Part shown: piece after piece, positions 27,456 to 36,620 of the stretch | Position numbering within the stretch: position 1 is the stretch's first letter | Layout of the letters: each line of letters begins with the position of its first letter | Notes under the pieces: generated by a model | What the model was told of the DNA's origin: nothing | The model's database searches: none | The model's input: only the letters and a program-made list of their open reading frames with translations | Translations under genes and position numbers: made by a program | Source of the DNA: an uncultured virus (IMG/VR IMGVR_UViG_3300042456_000185) | Taxonomy: Duplodnaviria; Heunggongvirae; Uroviricota; Caudoviricetes; Crassvirales | Strand: one strand, 5' to 3' | DNA: 64,000 bases | IMG/VR virus record: IMGVR_UViG_3300042456_000185

Positions 27456-27975
27456 AGAAACCCTATCGTTTGAGAAGACATCAAACAGGAAGAAAAACTT
27501 GGCTGTAGGTGCCGTTTTTATGGCCTCTATTGGACTTGCGGCCTTCAGTGGCAATACGCTCGTCTACGAACCTGTAGTGAGCGTTAACGTGTCTCAAAAC
27601 AACTTCACCGAGGAACGTCTTATCCGGGAGTTGAAGAAGTTGAACCTGCGCTTCCCGCACATTGCCTTGGCTCAAGCCCGCATTGAGAGCGGAGGATTCA
27701 AGTCGGGTATTTTCCAGGAGAATAATAATCTGTTCGGGATGAAACAAGCACGGCAACGTGCTACGACTGCGATGGGAACGAACCGGGGGCACGCATACTA
27801 CGAAACCTGGGAGGACTGCGTTGTGGACTACGCCCTGTGGTGTTCCGCATACGCTAACAAGTGCCGAACCGAGGATGAGTTTTACAACTTACTATCCACC
27901 TATGCAGAGGCCGAACACTACGAGGAAGCCCTGCGAAAAATGATCGAAAAAAATAACCTAAAAGATAAGTTTTAA
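27439..27975 (+). CDS. Membrane-anchored glucosaminidase (GH73-like peptidoglycan hydrolase)
   Basis: LAQARIESG, NNNLFGMK and YYETWEDCVVDY motifs; N-proximal TM; likely start MYRYNKETL. Confidence 0.8.
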   Translation: MYRYNKETLSFEKTSNRKKNLAVGAVFMASIGLAAFSGNTLVYEPVVSVNVSQNNFTEERLIRELKKLNLRFPHIALAQARIESGGFKSGIFQENNNLFGMKQARQRATTAMGTNRGHAYYETWEDCVVDYALWCSAYANKCRTEDEFYNLLSTYAEAEHYEEALRKMIEKNNLKDKF

Positions 27976-28036
27976 TAGGTTTTTACGTTAGTTATGCGTA
28001 CCTTTGAATAATCAAATAAATTAAATTAAAAGCAAT

Positions 28037-28822
28037 ATGAAACGGATGACCATTGACATAGAGACATCGGGTGTCACCCCCGAATGTTTCATCTACCAGA
28101 TTGCCGCTTTGGTATGGGAGGGAACTGAAATCATTGACACCTTTGACGAGCGTATGGTTCGCAATTCAGTCGAATACGTGGACGACAACTCCACTACCGA
28201 ATGGTGGAGTACTGCAGTTAGCGACAAGGTACGTGCATACGTTCACTCCGGAACGTCAGACGTGGTTTCTACATTAAACTCACTATCTAATTTCCTGCAC
28301 AAGCACAAAGGCTGTCAGATATGGAGCCACTCCACTTTCGACATCCCAATCCTTGTCCACTTTGCCCGTAAGAATGGGGTAAGCCTGTATTTTGACTATC
28401 GTTCCTGCTTGGATATTAGAACCATCGAAAGGCTGTTCGATCCGATCGGTAAGCACTATATGAAACTCCGAGAAGGACTGCAGGAATCTACCCATAACGC
28501 TATGGTCGACTGCTGTTTCCAGATGAGATACGTCAACAAACTTGCTCCTGTAAACGAAGATAAGAGAATCGAAATTGTAGACGTAAACCTACTTGACGAG
28601 TATGGAGACAGCACATTAGCAACTTGGCTTATGCGATACCTATCCTCTCTTGACTTGCTAAAGATGGGACAGCCTGAAATGCTACGTGGAGCCTTGTTTA
28701 TTGCACGTCATATGCACAAGGCGCAGTCGCAGGACGCTTGGGAAAGCGCAGAAGCCTCCATAAAAGCAGGAAGACAGATGACCTTTGAAGAATACTACAA
28801 CAAAAACTATAACATCCAATAA
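28037..28822 (+). CDS. DEDDh 3'-5' exonuclease with a C-terminal extension
   Basis: IDIETSG, STFDIPIL and HNAMVDC motifs; promoter element TACCTTTG at 27999-28006. Confidence 0.85.
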   Translation: MKRMTIDIETSGVTPECFIYQIAALVWEGTEIIDTFDERMVRNSVEYVDDNSTTEWWSTAVSDKVRAYVHSGTSDVVSTLNSLSNFLHKHKGCQIWSHSTFDIPILVHFARKNGVSLYFDYRSCLDIRTIERLFDPIGKHYMKLREGLQESTHNAMVDCCFQMRYVNKLAPVNEDKRIEIVDVNLLDEYGDSTLATWLMRYLSSLDLLKMGQPEMLRGALFIARHMHKAQSQDAWESAEASIKAGRQMTFEEYYNKNYNIQ

Positions 28823-28823
28823 A

Positions 28824-29096
28824 ATGCCACGAGAAACAAAAATGAACCGGATCCTTATTAACATCAAGGAGAAAGACATAGACCACGCTGCTGCTGTAGA
28901 GGCTGTACTTGACGTAGTGTCAGGAGGCAAGGTTTGCTACGGAGCCAAGAACCGGAAGCACTATGCTTGGGAGACCAAGTTCGACAGCGGTCTGGTCGTA
29001 TACACCCAACCAAAGTACTGGTCTAATTCAGAGACGTTCATAGTTACCAAAAATGAGGACACTAAAAACACTTGGGAGTCAAGCAGGGAAGTATGA
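28824..29096 (+). CDS. Hypothetical protein
   Basis: Likely start MPRETK. Confidence 0.65.
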   Translation: MPRETKMNRILINIKEKDIDHAAAVEAVLDVVSGGKVCYGAKNRKHYAWETKFDSGLVVYTQPKYWSNSETFIVTKNEDTKNTWESSREV

Positions 29097-29220
29097 ACAA
29101 CGAAAAGTATAACAACGAGTCGTATAACAAGCGGGTGGTTGAAATGAAGAAGGCACTAAAGAGCCTGTTAATACTTATCCTATGCGTATGTTTAATTAAA
29201 GAAATCATAAACCTAATCGT

Positions 29221-29577
29221 ATGAATTTAGAAGTTTTTGACGGAGATATCATCCGTGTGAAGTTAGAGATACTTATGTACGGAAGCAAGATTGAAAAGGA
29301 GCTGATCTTCAATGACTCTTACAGCGCCCACCTATTATTTGAACACAGAGGAGTTGAGTATGTACTAGATGGAGATCTTGATGCTCTTGATGGACGTCTT
29401 GACTCCAAAAGCCCGATCAGGAGATTGTTCTTAACTATGTACAGGGAGAGTGACTTGGAACCCGTATGCTCCTCCTATGCCAATAGACTCACATCCAGTA
29501 AGAAAGGATGTGAATTATTAAGTGTTGCTGTAAGATACCTAAACAATGTTAACAATAATTTAACACAAAATCCTTGA
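29221..29577 (+). CDS. Hypothetical protein
   Basis: 118 aa ORF. Confidence 0.65.
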   Translation: MNLEVFDGDIIRVKLEILMYGSKIEKELIFNDSYSAHLLFEHRGVEYVLDGDLDALDGRLDSKSPIRRLFLTMYRESDLEPVCSSYANRLTSSKKGCELLSVAVRYLNNVNNNLTQNP

Positions 29578-29727
29578 TTATGTCCCTGATGGCTTGTACC
29601 TTCGCAAAGTCTTTGCACGTTTAAAGCGTAGGGCGTAGGGCCCAAAAGCCCCCTAGCCCAAGCGAAGAGGGGACGTAGCGCCAACTATATTCTTAACTCA
29701 ATTCAATTAACTAAAATCAATTCAATT

Positions 29728-30330
29728 ATGGCTACAACAAAGCCCGCATCACAACCTGATGCTCAGTCGTTTAACGACAAAGTGATCGCTATTCAGAGCG
29801 AGTTAAAGGCTCCCAAGAGCCAGTACAACAGCTTCGGTAAGTACGCTTACCGCAATGCAGAAGACATCCTTGAGGCTGTCAAGCCCCTACTGAAGAAGTA
29901 TGGCTTGTCTATGACTATCTCGGATAGCATTGAGGAAGTTTGTGGTATCGTGTATGTAGATGCTAACGTCTATCTCACGGATGGTACAGATTCGGTAACT
30001 GTAGGTGCGCAGGCTGGAATCGATCCAAATCGTAAGGGTATGGACATCGCTCAATGCTTCGGTGCTTCATCCTCATATGCCCGGAAGTACGCCCTGAATG
30101 GTATGTTCTTGATTGACGATACCAAGGACGCTGACTCCACAAACACGCACGGCAAGGATGTACAGACTACAAAGGCTGTCCCCTCCGCCCCTGCACAAGA
30201 TACGTTTCAGCAGGCAATTGACTTCCTAAAGAGTTCTTCAGATAAGGGCAAGGCTTACGATGCCATTATCGCCAAGTATGGCTCAGGTTTTTCTGACGCA
30301 CAGGTTAATGCTCTAAAGAAGTTTGTGTAG
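29728..30330 (+). CDS. erf: ERF-family ssDNA annealing protein
   Basis: LKAPKSQYNSFGKYAYRNAEDILEAVKP and GASSSYARKYALNGMFLIDD. Confidence 0.9.
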   Translation: MATTKPASQPDAQSFNDKVIAIQSELKAPKSQYNSFGKYAYRNAEDILEAVKPLLKKYGLSMTISDSIEEVCGIVYVDANVYLTDGTDSVTVGAQAGIDPNRKGMDIAQCFGASSSYARKYALNGMFLIDDTKDADSTNTHGKDVQTTKAVPSAPAQDTFQQAIDFLKSSSDKGKAYDAIIAKYGSGFSDAQVNALKKFV

Positions 30331-30332
30331 TA

Positions 30333-31088
30333 ATGGAGTTTGCATTGAAACTACAGCAGGTGACTGGTAAGGACTACCTTACCTACACCTCTCTGAAGTA
30401 CGCAACACAGGACGTTCGTCTGTTCGAGTTGTATGTTCAGGGTAAACTTCATAAAGATTCAGATGCACTCACGTTCGGTAGGCTGTACGACACGCTCTTG
30501 TTCACGCCAGAGCAGTTTGAGAACAGCTTTACGGTGATGGATGACTCTGAGATTGTCGCAAAGATTGGAGGCGCATCACCACGTGCCACCAAGGCTTACA
30601 AGGAGTGGAAGACAGAGCTAGCATCTACTAGCAAGACACTCGTTGGAATGGAGGACTACAGCAAGGCTATTGAGATGATCAACAGACTTGAGGACTCCGG
30701 TATCGTAGAGGCATATCTAAAGGGTCAGTACCAAGTTGAGTTGGCTGGGTTCATTGGAGATGCACCTGTACGTGGTTTCTTGGACTGCAAGGGGACTGGT
30801 TACGTGTCTGACTCCAAGTCTACACGTGCTATCTCTGGGTTCAAGCGTGACATATACTCTTTCGGTTACGACATCCAGGCGTATATCTATACGCAGTTGG
30901 CTGGCACGGATGAGTATTACTGGGTGGCGCAGGATACTAGTTATCCATACACGCCCAAGATATTTCAGGCATCAGAGCGTACTCTGGAAGGTGGACGCTT
31001 GAAGTTTGAAAAGGCTGTAGAGAATGTAAGGAACTTTGTTTTCAGTCCAAAGGAAGCCTACAGGTTCTACGATGTGGAATTAGTTTAA
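30333..31088 (+). CDS. PD-(D/E)XK exonuclease, RecE/ExoVIII-like
   Basis: RGFLDC...DSKST...YDIQAYIY; adjacent to ERF. Confidence 0.8.
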   Translation: MEFALKLQQVTGKDYLTYTSLKYATQDVRLFELYVQGKLHKDSDALTFGRLYDTLLFTPEQFENSFTVMDDSEIVAKIGGASPRATKAYKEWKTELASTSKTLVGMEDYSKAIEMINRLEDSGIVEAYLKGQYQVELAGFIGDAPVRGFLDCKGTGYVSDSKSTRAISGFKRDIYSFGYDIQAYIYTQLAGTDEYYWVAQDTSYPYTPKIFQASERTLEGGRLKFEKAVENVRNFVFSPKEAYRFYDVELV

Positions 31089-31152
31089 CAATTTCTTAAC
31101 ATAGTAACTGACTGATTAACTTAACTTTGTGTAATAATTAAATCAAAAACAA

Positions 31153-31440
31153 ATGGAACAGAAGACCTATAGCTCCGACATTATCGGGTTTGCAGAGGCA
31201 GGTAAGTTCGGTGGATACCGGATCAGCTTCAAGTTAGAGCAGCTCGACGAGCTGAAGAAGTACGCCAACCAGAAAGGCTACGTCAACTTGGACGTGAAGG
31301 ATACCAAGTCTGGTAAGCCTCTCTGCACGGTGTTCAACCCACGTGCCCAGTCAGCAGCACAGGGACAGACTCCTCGTGCAGCAGCTCCACAAGGCCGTCC
31401 CGAACAGCCTCAGTTGAGCAATGACGACCTGCCGTTCTAA
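31153..31440 (+). CDS. Putative single-stranded DNA-binding protein
   Basis: Gln/Pro linker and C-terminal DDLPF; promoter element TAACTTTG at 31122-29. Confidence 0.7.
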   Translation: MEQKTYSSDIIGFAEAGKFGGYRISFKLEQLDELKKYANQKGYVNLDVKDTKSGKPLCTVFNPRAQSAAQGQTPRAAAPQGRPEQPQLSNDDLPF

Positions 31441-31775
31441 TGACCAAGGCGATTGGTGTGTTTCTCTGTTTTGAATGGGGCCTCAGCTTTATAGGAGCTG
31501 ATGGCCCCCAATTCAGGGGACTAGACAAGAACAGTAAGGTTGTGTACTTTAAGCTGTTCTCCGCCAAACTTGAGGGCAGGGATGTAGTGTTGAACAAACC
31601 AATACAGGACGAGGACTACGACAGGTGGCCCGTCATTATGATCGTAAACAAAGAGGGTGACAACACGATTCTTGTATCAAAGGAATGCTTGAATGAATTT
31701 AAAGATGGAAGGGCATCAATTGACAGCATAGCTAAACACGTCAAATTGAAGGCAGACATCGGGATCGAAAAGTAA
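31440..31775 (+). CDS. Hypothetical protein (start uncertain)
   Basis: ORF whose 5' part overlaps a strong hairpin at about 31477-31510. Confidence 0.5.
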   Translation: MTKAIGVFLCFEWGLSFIGADGPQFRGLDKNSKVVYFKLFSAKLEGRDVVLNKPIQDEDYDRWPVIMIVNKEGDNTILVSKECLNEFKDGRASIDSIAKHVKLKADIGIEK

Positions 31776-31802
31776 GATTAGAGTTCTTTGACATATTGGA
31801 AT

Positions 31803-31937
31803 GAAGCAGATTGGCGGAAATGGTAGACGCTTGGTATGCTGGATCGGGTAGTCAGGACCGACACCTGATTGGAAGGCATATCAGATTGCACGACAGTCCA
31901 AAGTGCAAATGTGAGTTCGATTCTCACCTGCTTCTCA
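31803..31937 (+). ncRNA. tRNA-like RNA with an elongated anticodon arm
   Basis: Acceptor GAAGCAG/CTGCTTC; class II D arm GCG-GAAATGGTAGA-CGC; variable arm TTGCAC/GTGCAA; T arm GTGAG-TTCGATT-CTCAC; hairpin of about 54 nt in place of the anticodon arm. Confidence 0.75.
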
Positions 31938-31950
31938 AAATTAAAATACT

Positions 31951-32190
31951 ATGTGTGAACAGACCAACGACATATGGTATCTAGAGTTGAAGATATCATA
32001 TACTAAGGCCAGGAAGAAGGTCGTGAAGAAGGCTTGGGGAATTACAGATTGGATGGAGTTGCGTTGCATAAGAAACGATAAGGCTCTTATGGAGCAACTA
32101 GTGTATAGGTACGATTTACAGAAGTCTACGGACATTGTTATACTTGCCGTGACTAAATCTGTCAACCTAGGTAAAAGAGTAACGTATTAA
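31951..32190 (+). CDS. Hypothetical protein
   Basis: 79 aa. Confidence 0.65.
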   Translation: MCEQTNDIWYLELKISYTKARKKVVKKAWGITDWMELRCIRNDKALMEQLVYRYDLQKSTDIVILAVTKSVNLGKRVTY

Positions 32191-32199
32191 ATATACAAA

Positions 32200-32454
32200 A
32201 TGAAATACAAGAACAGGTACGGTGATGTATTCACATTTGAAGAGAATGAACAGGGAAATGTGCAGTGGTCTGGAAACTTTAAACACTATAGAGCAGGCTA
32301 TAAAGATAACCCAGATGATCCTACATACATTGATCCATCAGGTGGCCCATTCATAAGTATAGGTGATTCTATGGAGGAGTTTGGACTGGATGGAATTGTC
32401 TCTGGGTTTGTTAGTAACGAAAATGGTTTTGAAATTTTAATTGAAAAGAAATGA
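32200..32454 (+). CDS. Hypothetical protein
   Basis: 84 aa, NRYGD...IDPSGGPFI. Confidence 0.75.
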   Translation: MKYKNRYGDVFTFEENEQGNVQWSGNFKHYRAGYKDNPDDPTYIDPSGGPFISIGDSMEEFGLDGIVSGFVSNENGFEILIEKK

Positions 32455-32660
32455 AAAAGAAAGTTGATGATTATTTAGATGCCTTTTTTAATGGTGATGC
32501 AGATCCAGTAGAAGCTTTGTACGAATGCTCTAGATGCTTATCTATTAATAAGCAAGATCTTTCGGGAGGTTCAGCGGGCTTATGTTCTGAATGTGAGGAA
32601 GTTGATTACTGGGATTTGAAAGCTATTTTTCTAGATGGGGTTTGGGAAGATATAGAATAA
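32451..32660 (+). CDS. Small zinc-ribbon protein
   Basis: CSRC...CSEC. Confidence 0.65.
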   Translation: MKKKVDDYLDAFFNGDADPVEALYECSRCLSINKQDLSGGSAGLCSECEEVDYWDLKAIFLDGVWEDIE

Positions 32661-32685
32661 GTTTAACCTTTAACACCAACGAGAA

Positions 32686-32910
32686 ATGAAAGTTACGGTT
32701 GAGTTTAATCTTCCAGACGAGAAGATAGAATACGAGTTGTTCAACGATGCCTCGAAGATGCACTCGGTATTATGGGAGATGGATCAATGGCTCAGGGCGC
32801 AAATTAAGTATCCGTCCGAGAAGATTAGCGATGACGAATACAAAACCTACGAGAAAACAAGGGCTCAGTTGCACGAGTTTATGGGTGACCATAACTTTAA
32901 TTTTGATTGA
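32686..32910 (+). CDS. Hypothetical protein
   Basis: 74 aa, MKVTVEFNLPDE. Confidence 0.75.
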   Translation: MKVTVEFNLPDEKIEYELFNDASKMHSVLWEMDQWLRAQIKYPSEKISDDEYKTYEKTRAQLHEFMGDHNFNFD

Positions 32911-32978
32911 TATATCCATCACTTTACAAAATGTGAGCATTTTACTTTACACTTTGTGACCATTTCACTTTACACTTT

Positions 32979-33599
32979 ATGAGAAACCAGGTAGAACTTA
33001 TGGGCCACTATGGCTCAGACTTAACACACGCCCAGTCAGCGTGGACTTCTACGAGTCGTGAGTTGACTGATAGTAAACTTGAACGAGTCGGATCACTTCT
33101 TGAGATGCTGGCCACCGAGGGACACGAGACTCCTTTTGAAAAATCTACCCTGCACTTTCTGGTAACAGTTGACCAAGCCACGCACATCCACCTTCTGAAG
33201 CATCGCATCGGGGTAAGCATCAATGGTGAGTCAGCAAGGTATAAGGAACTAAAGGAGGATAAGATGTACTTACCTGTGGACTGGCCTGAGACAATGCAGC
33301 AGGACTTGTACGAGTTCACCGAGCAGGCAAACGAATACTACCACAAGTTCTTGGAGATACTTACTCCAATGCTTGGGCGTAAACGAGCAAAGGAGTCAGC
33401 ACGTTTCTTTAAGACATTCAATTCACAGATTACGATGGACATCTCGTTTAACTTCCGTTCGTTCGTTCACTTCCTACGACTACGGGATTCAGAACACGCA
33501 CAGAAGGAAGTACGAGAGTTAGCACAGCAGATGCTGCACCAAGTAAAACAGATTGAAGGAAACCCATTCGAGCTAACCATCAAGGCATTTAAGTTATGA
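32979..33599 (+). CDS. thyX: Flavin-dependent thymidylate synthase
   Basis: GHETPFE, LKHRIGVSINGESARY and LRDSEHAQKEVR motifs. Confidence 0.92.
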   Translation: MRNQVELMGHYGSDLTHAQSAWTSTSRELTDSKLERVGSLLEMLATEGHETPFEKSTLHFLVTVDQATHIHLLKHRIGVSINGESARYKELKEDKMYLPVDWPETMQQDLYEFTEQANEYYHKFLEILTPMLGRKRAKESARFFKTFNSQITMDISFNFRSFVHFLRLRDSEHAQKEVRELAQQMLHQVKQIEGNPFELTIKAFKL

Positions 33600-33778
33600 A
33601 AGTGCGTGACCTTATGCCGATAGTAAAATCAGCAGTGGATGATGTTTTGTCTCATTCGGAGATGATGCAGCAGGATAGATCAAGGCTGTCATTCGCTATC
33701 TACCTAGAAGTATACAACAGAATTAATAAACTAAAAGGAAAACACAATGATTCCAAAGACAAAAGCTGGAACGGATAA
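33596..33778 (+). CDS. Hypothetical protein
   Basis: ATGA-coupled, 60 aa. Confidence 0.55.
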   Translation: MKVRDLMPIVKSAVDDVLSHSEMMQQDRSRLSFAIYLEVYNRINKLKGKHNDSKDKSWNG

Positions 33779-33889
33779 GGGTCTAGGATCCGACTTCCGA
33801 TATGGCAGATGGGATGAGCCAGGAAACTATGGAGCATCTATCGTATCAGACCCAGGTGATGAAGTAGAACATATAGAAGAGAATACAAA

Positions 33890-34312
33890 ATGAATACAGA
33901 GGATAAGATCATTGAGGTTACAAATGGAGTTCGTGACCTTTTAATTGAAAAAAATCGTGCGTATGGTGACAGCGCATTGAAGCCCGGTAATATCTTTGCC
34001 AAGGGTACTGCGGTAGAAAACATCTGCGCCCGTATTGACGACAAGCTGTTCCGTATCAAGAACAAGGGACTGAACGACCTGACAGAAGATACGGTACAAG
34101 ACCTAATCGGATATTTAATCTTACTTAAAATTGCATTACAAGATGAACGTAACAATCTTTCGGAGCCTGTACGACAAGAGCCCGAACTACATAAGCCTGG
34201 AAACAGCACTCTCTCGGATAGCCTCTGGCAAACAGGCTACACTTATCGAGCAAGTGAGGGGTGGAGACAAAAAGGCGAAGACGACCCTACCGATTGTATT
34301 GTTTTCCGGTGA
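33890..34312 (+). CDS. DUF1599-like nucleotide-modification-associated protein
   Basis: KNRAYGDS...RIDDKLFRI...EDTVQDLIGYLIL; its 3' tail overlaps the primase start. Confidence 0.7.
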   Translation: MNTEDKIIEVTNGVRDLLIEKNRAYGDSALKPGNIFAKGTAVENICARIDDKLFRIKNKGLNDLTEDTVQDLIGYLILLKIALQDERNNLSEPVRQEPELHKPGNSTLSDSLWQTGYTYRASEGWRQKGEDDPTDCIVFR

Positions 34313-35954
34313 GTTCTTAGGACGTAATGATGACGACTTACAGAACCACTCAGGGTACATTGTACTAGACTTTGACCACATTGACGTTGATAGTGTCAAG
34401 TCTGTAGTAGGTACCGACCCATACGTGTATTCGTGTTGGGTGTCACCGTCAGGAGACGGACTAAAGGCACTCGTGCGGATCACAAACCCAGAGAGACACC
34501 GAGACCACTTCCGCTCACTTGAGCGTTATTTCCAAAACCAGTATGGACTGGAGTTGGATAGCAGTGGAGTCAACGAAGCACGTGCCTGCTTTGAGTCCTA
34601 TGACCCAAACATCGTTATCAACGAATACTCACAGAAGTTCGGTGGTATGTTGTCTGAAGAGGCTCTAGAGCAGAAGGTTGAGAAGCGGGATTCCTACACG
34701 GACTACCTAAAGCTCAACATTGCAGCACGTATGATACGCTTCGCTGAAGATGGAGAGAAGCACAGTATGTTGTTACGTGCGTCTGTCCTATGCGGTGGAT
34801 ACATCTCTGCAGGACGTATGGAGGAAGAGGAAGTCATCCGAGTACTGACACGTGAGATTCTAAAGCGTGATATAGACTCAGAGGAACTTGCTATCAGAAC
34901 CATCCGTGATGGAATCGAGAAGGGCAAGTCTATGCCCATCCGGGAGATCATCGAGGAGGAGTCATCCTACCAGCGTGAGATGCTTATCAACGATGGAGAT
35001 ATGTCTTTCATATCTTCTGACGATGAGGATTTCCGCTGGATTGATGACTACGCACAGGGGAAGATTGAGGTGGGCTTGGACACAGGCAATGATAACCTAG
35101 ATAAGTACTTCCGGTACAAGCGTGAGTTTATGATCGTAAACGGACATAGTAACGTGGGTAAGACTACATTCATTATGTTCCTGATCGCAAACAGCGTAAT
35201 TCGACACAACTGGAAGTGGGTAATTTACTCCTCCGAGAACAAGACAGCATCTATCAAGATGAAGCTGATGCAGTTCTACGTGGAGCGACCCGTTGCACAG
35301 ATGGACTACAAGGAACGTGTACGTGCATACAACTGGGTGAAGGAACACTTTATCATCATCAACAACTCAGACGTATACTCCTATACAGACTTGATTCTGT
35401 TTGCAGATAAGTTGCAGCGCAATAGGAAGTTTGATGGGTTCTTTATCGACCCATACAACAGCCTAAAGATTCAGATGTCTGGCAACAACGGTATCTCTAC
35501 CCACGAGTACCACTACGAGGCAGCGTCTGAGTTTCTCACCTACGCCAAGAAGAACAACATCGCAGTGTGGCTTAACACCCACGCAGTGACAGAAGCACAG
35601 CGTAGACGAGACGAGTCAGGACAGCCTGTAGCGCCTATGGCTGAGGATACTGAAGGAGGGGGCAAGTTTGTCAACCGTGCTGATGGATTTATTACGATCC
35701 ATCGGAAGATTGGCCACCCTGAAGCGCATATCCGCAGGACCACTGAGGTACACGTCAGAAAGGTACGTGAGGTAGAGACAGGAGGAGAACAGACTCCATA
35801 CGACTCACCTATCTACTTTGAGATGAACTCCTCGAATACGGGCTTCAATCCCATCATAGGATCAAAGCTGTTCAAGCCATTGGCCTACGAATATGTACAA
35901 GAAACTTTTAATCTAAATGTTGAACCAGGTATTGCAGGAGCCGATATCTTTTAA
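34143..35954 (+). CDS. Primase (BT4734/VirE-N-like AEP) fused to an SF4 helicase
   Basis: HSGYIVLDFDH and SPSGDGLKALV; Walker A GHSNVGKT, Walker B FFIDPYN. Confidence 0.85.
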   Translation: MNVTIFRSLYDKSPNYISLETALSRIASGKQATLIEQVRGGDKKAKTTLPIVLFSGEFLGRNDDDLQNHSGYIVLDFDHIDVDSVKSVVGTDPYVYSCWVSPSGDGLKALVRITNPERHRDHFRSLERYFQNQYGLELDSSGVNEARACFESYDPNIVINEYSQKFGGMLSEEALEQKVEKRDSYTDYLKLNIAARMIRFAEDGEKHSMLLRASVLCGGYISAGRMEEEEVIRVLTREILKRDIDSEELAIRTIRDGIEKGKSMPIREIIEEESSYQREMLINDGDMSFISSDDEDFRWIDDYAQGKIEVGLDTGNDNLDKYFRYKREFMIVNGHSNVGKTTFIMFLIANSVIRHNWKWVIYSSENKTASIKMKLMQFYVERPVAQMDYKERVRAYNWVKEHFIIINNSDVYSYTDLILFADKLQRNRKFDGFFIDPYNSLKIQMSGNNGISTHEYHYEAASEFLTYAKKNNIAVWLNTHAVTEAQRRRDESGQPVAPMAEDTEGGGKFVNRADGFITIHRKIGHPEAHIRRTTEVHVRKVREVETGGEQTPYDSPIYFEMNSSNTGFNPIIGSKLFKPLAYEYVQETFNLNVEPGIAGADIF

Positions 35955-35965
35955 TAGCTTTGCAT

Positions 35966-36409
35966 ATGCCACTAAAACGAAACAAATCAAATGGAAAAAG
36001 AACCAAGAAAAAAGACCTCGGCATCTACAAAAGTGCCCTCGAAGCGTACTGCGCCAAAAGACTCAGTGAAGAAGGTATCGACTACGGCTATGAATCAGAG
36101 TCGTTTACCATACAAGAGGGTTTCACACCGTCCAATACTTACATTAAGTCTGTACCGAAAAGTAAAGAAATGGTTGTCTCGACTGGCAAGAAAGTTCTCC
36201 CGATTACTTACAAGCCTGACTTCGTAAGCCATAAGCACAGATTCGTGATAGAGACCAAGGGTTTTGTAAGAGCGAATGACAGCTTCCCTTTAAGGTGGAA
36301 GATGTTTATGAAGTTTCTACACGCTAACCATATGGATTACGACTTGTACATACCTAAGAATAAAGAACAAGTTGATCACGTAATAAAATTAATAAAGAAT
36401 GGAAACTAA
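35966..36409 (+). CDS. T7 endonuclease I-like Holliday junction resolvase
   Basis: YKSALE...YE...YKPDF...IETKG. Confidence 0.8.
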   Translation: MPLKRNKSNGKRTKKKDLGIYKSALEAYCAKRLSEEGIDYGYESESFTIQEGFTPSNTYIKSVPKSKEMVVSTGKKVLPITYKPDFVSHKHRFVIETKGFVRANDSFPLRWKMFMKFLHANHMDYDLYIPKNKEQVDHVIKLIKNGN

Positions 36410-36620
36410 TAGACTGTCAGAAGGATATTTCAGAGGATGTAACGAACTTCACGAGATCGCAAATAGATTGTACGAAGCTGTCCACGAGAGCAACGGAGAA
36501 CCTATTGTAGACCCGGAGCGAGTTGCTAAGATCACGGCAAACGCTATGCGTGAGATCAGGTGGAATGTAGATTTCATCCGTGATATGGCCCGTGAATATG
36601 ATGAAGAATCCAGCAAATGA
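36399..36620 (+). CDS. Hypothetical protein
   Basis: 73 aa. Confidence 0.65.
   Translation: METNRLSEGYFRGCNELHEIANRLYEAVHESNGEPIVDPERVAKITANAMREIRWNVDFIRDMAREYDEESSK

Noticed and set aside
34143..34312. 170-nt overlap between the DUF1599-like gene and the primase as a dual-coding signal
   Set aside because: The recognisable domain ends at the primase start; the tail looks like read-through to a distant stop.
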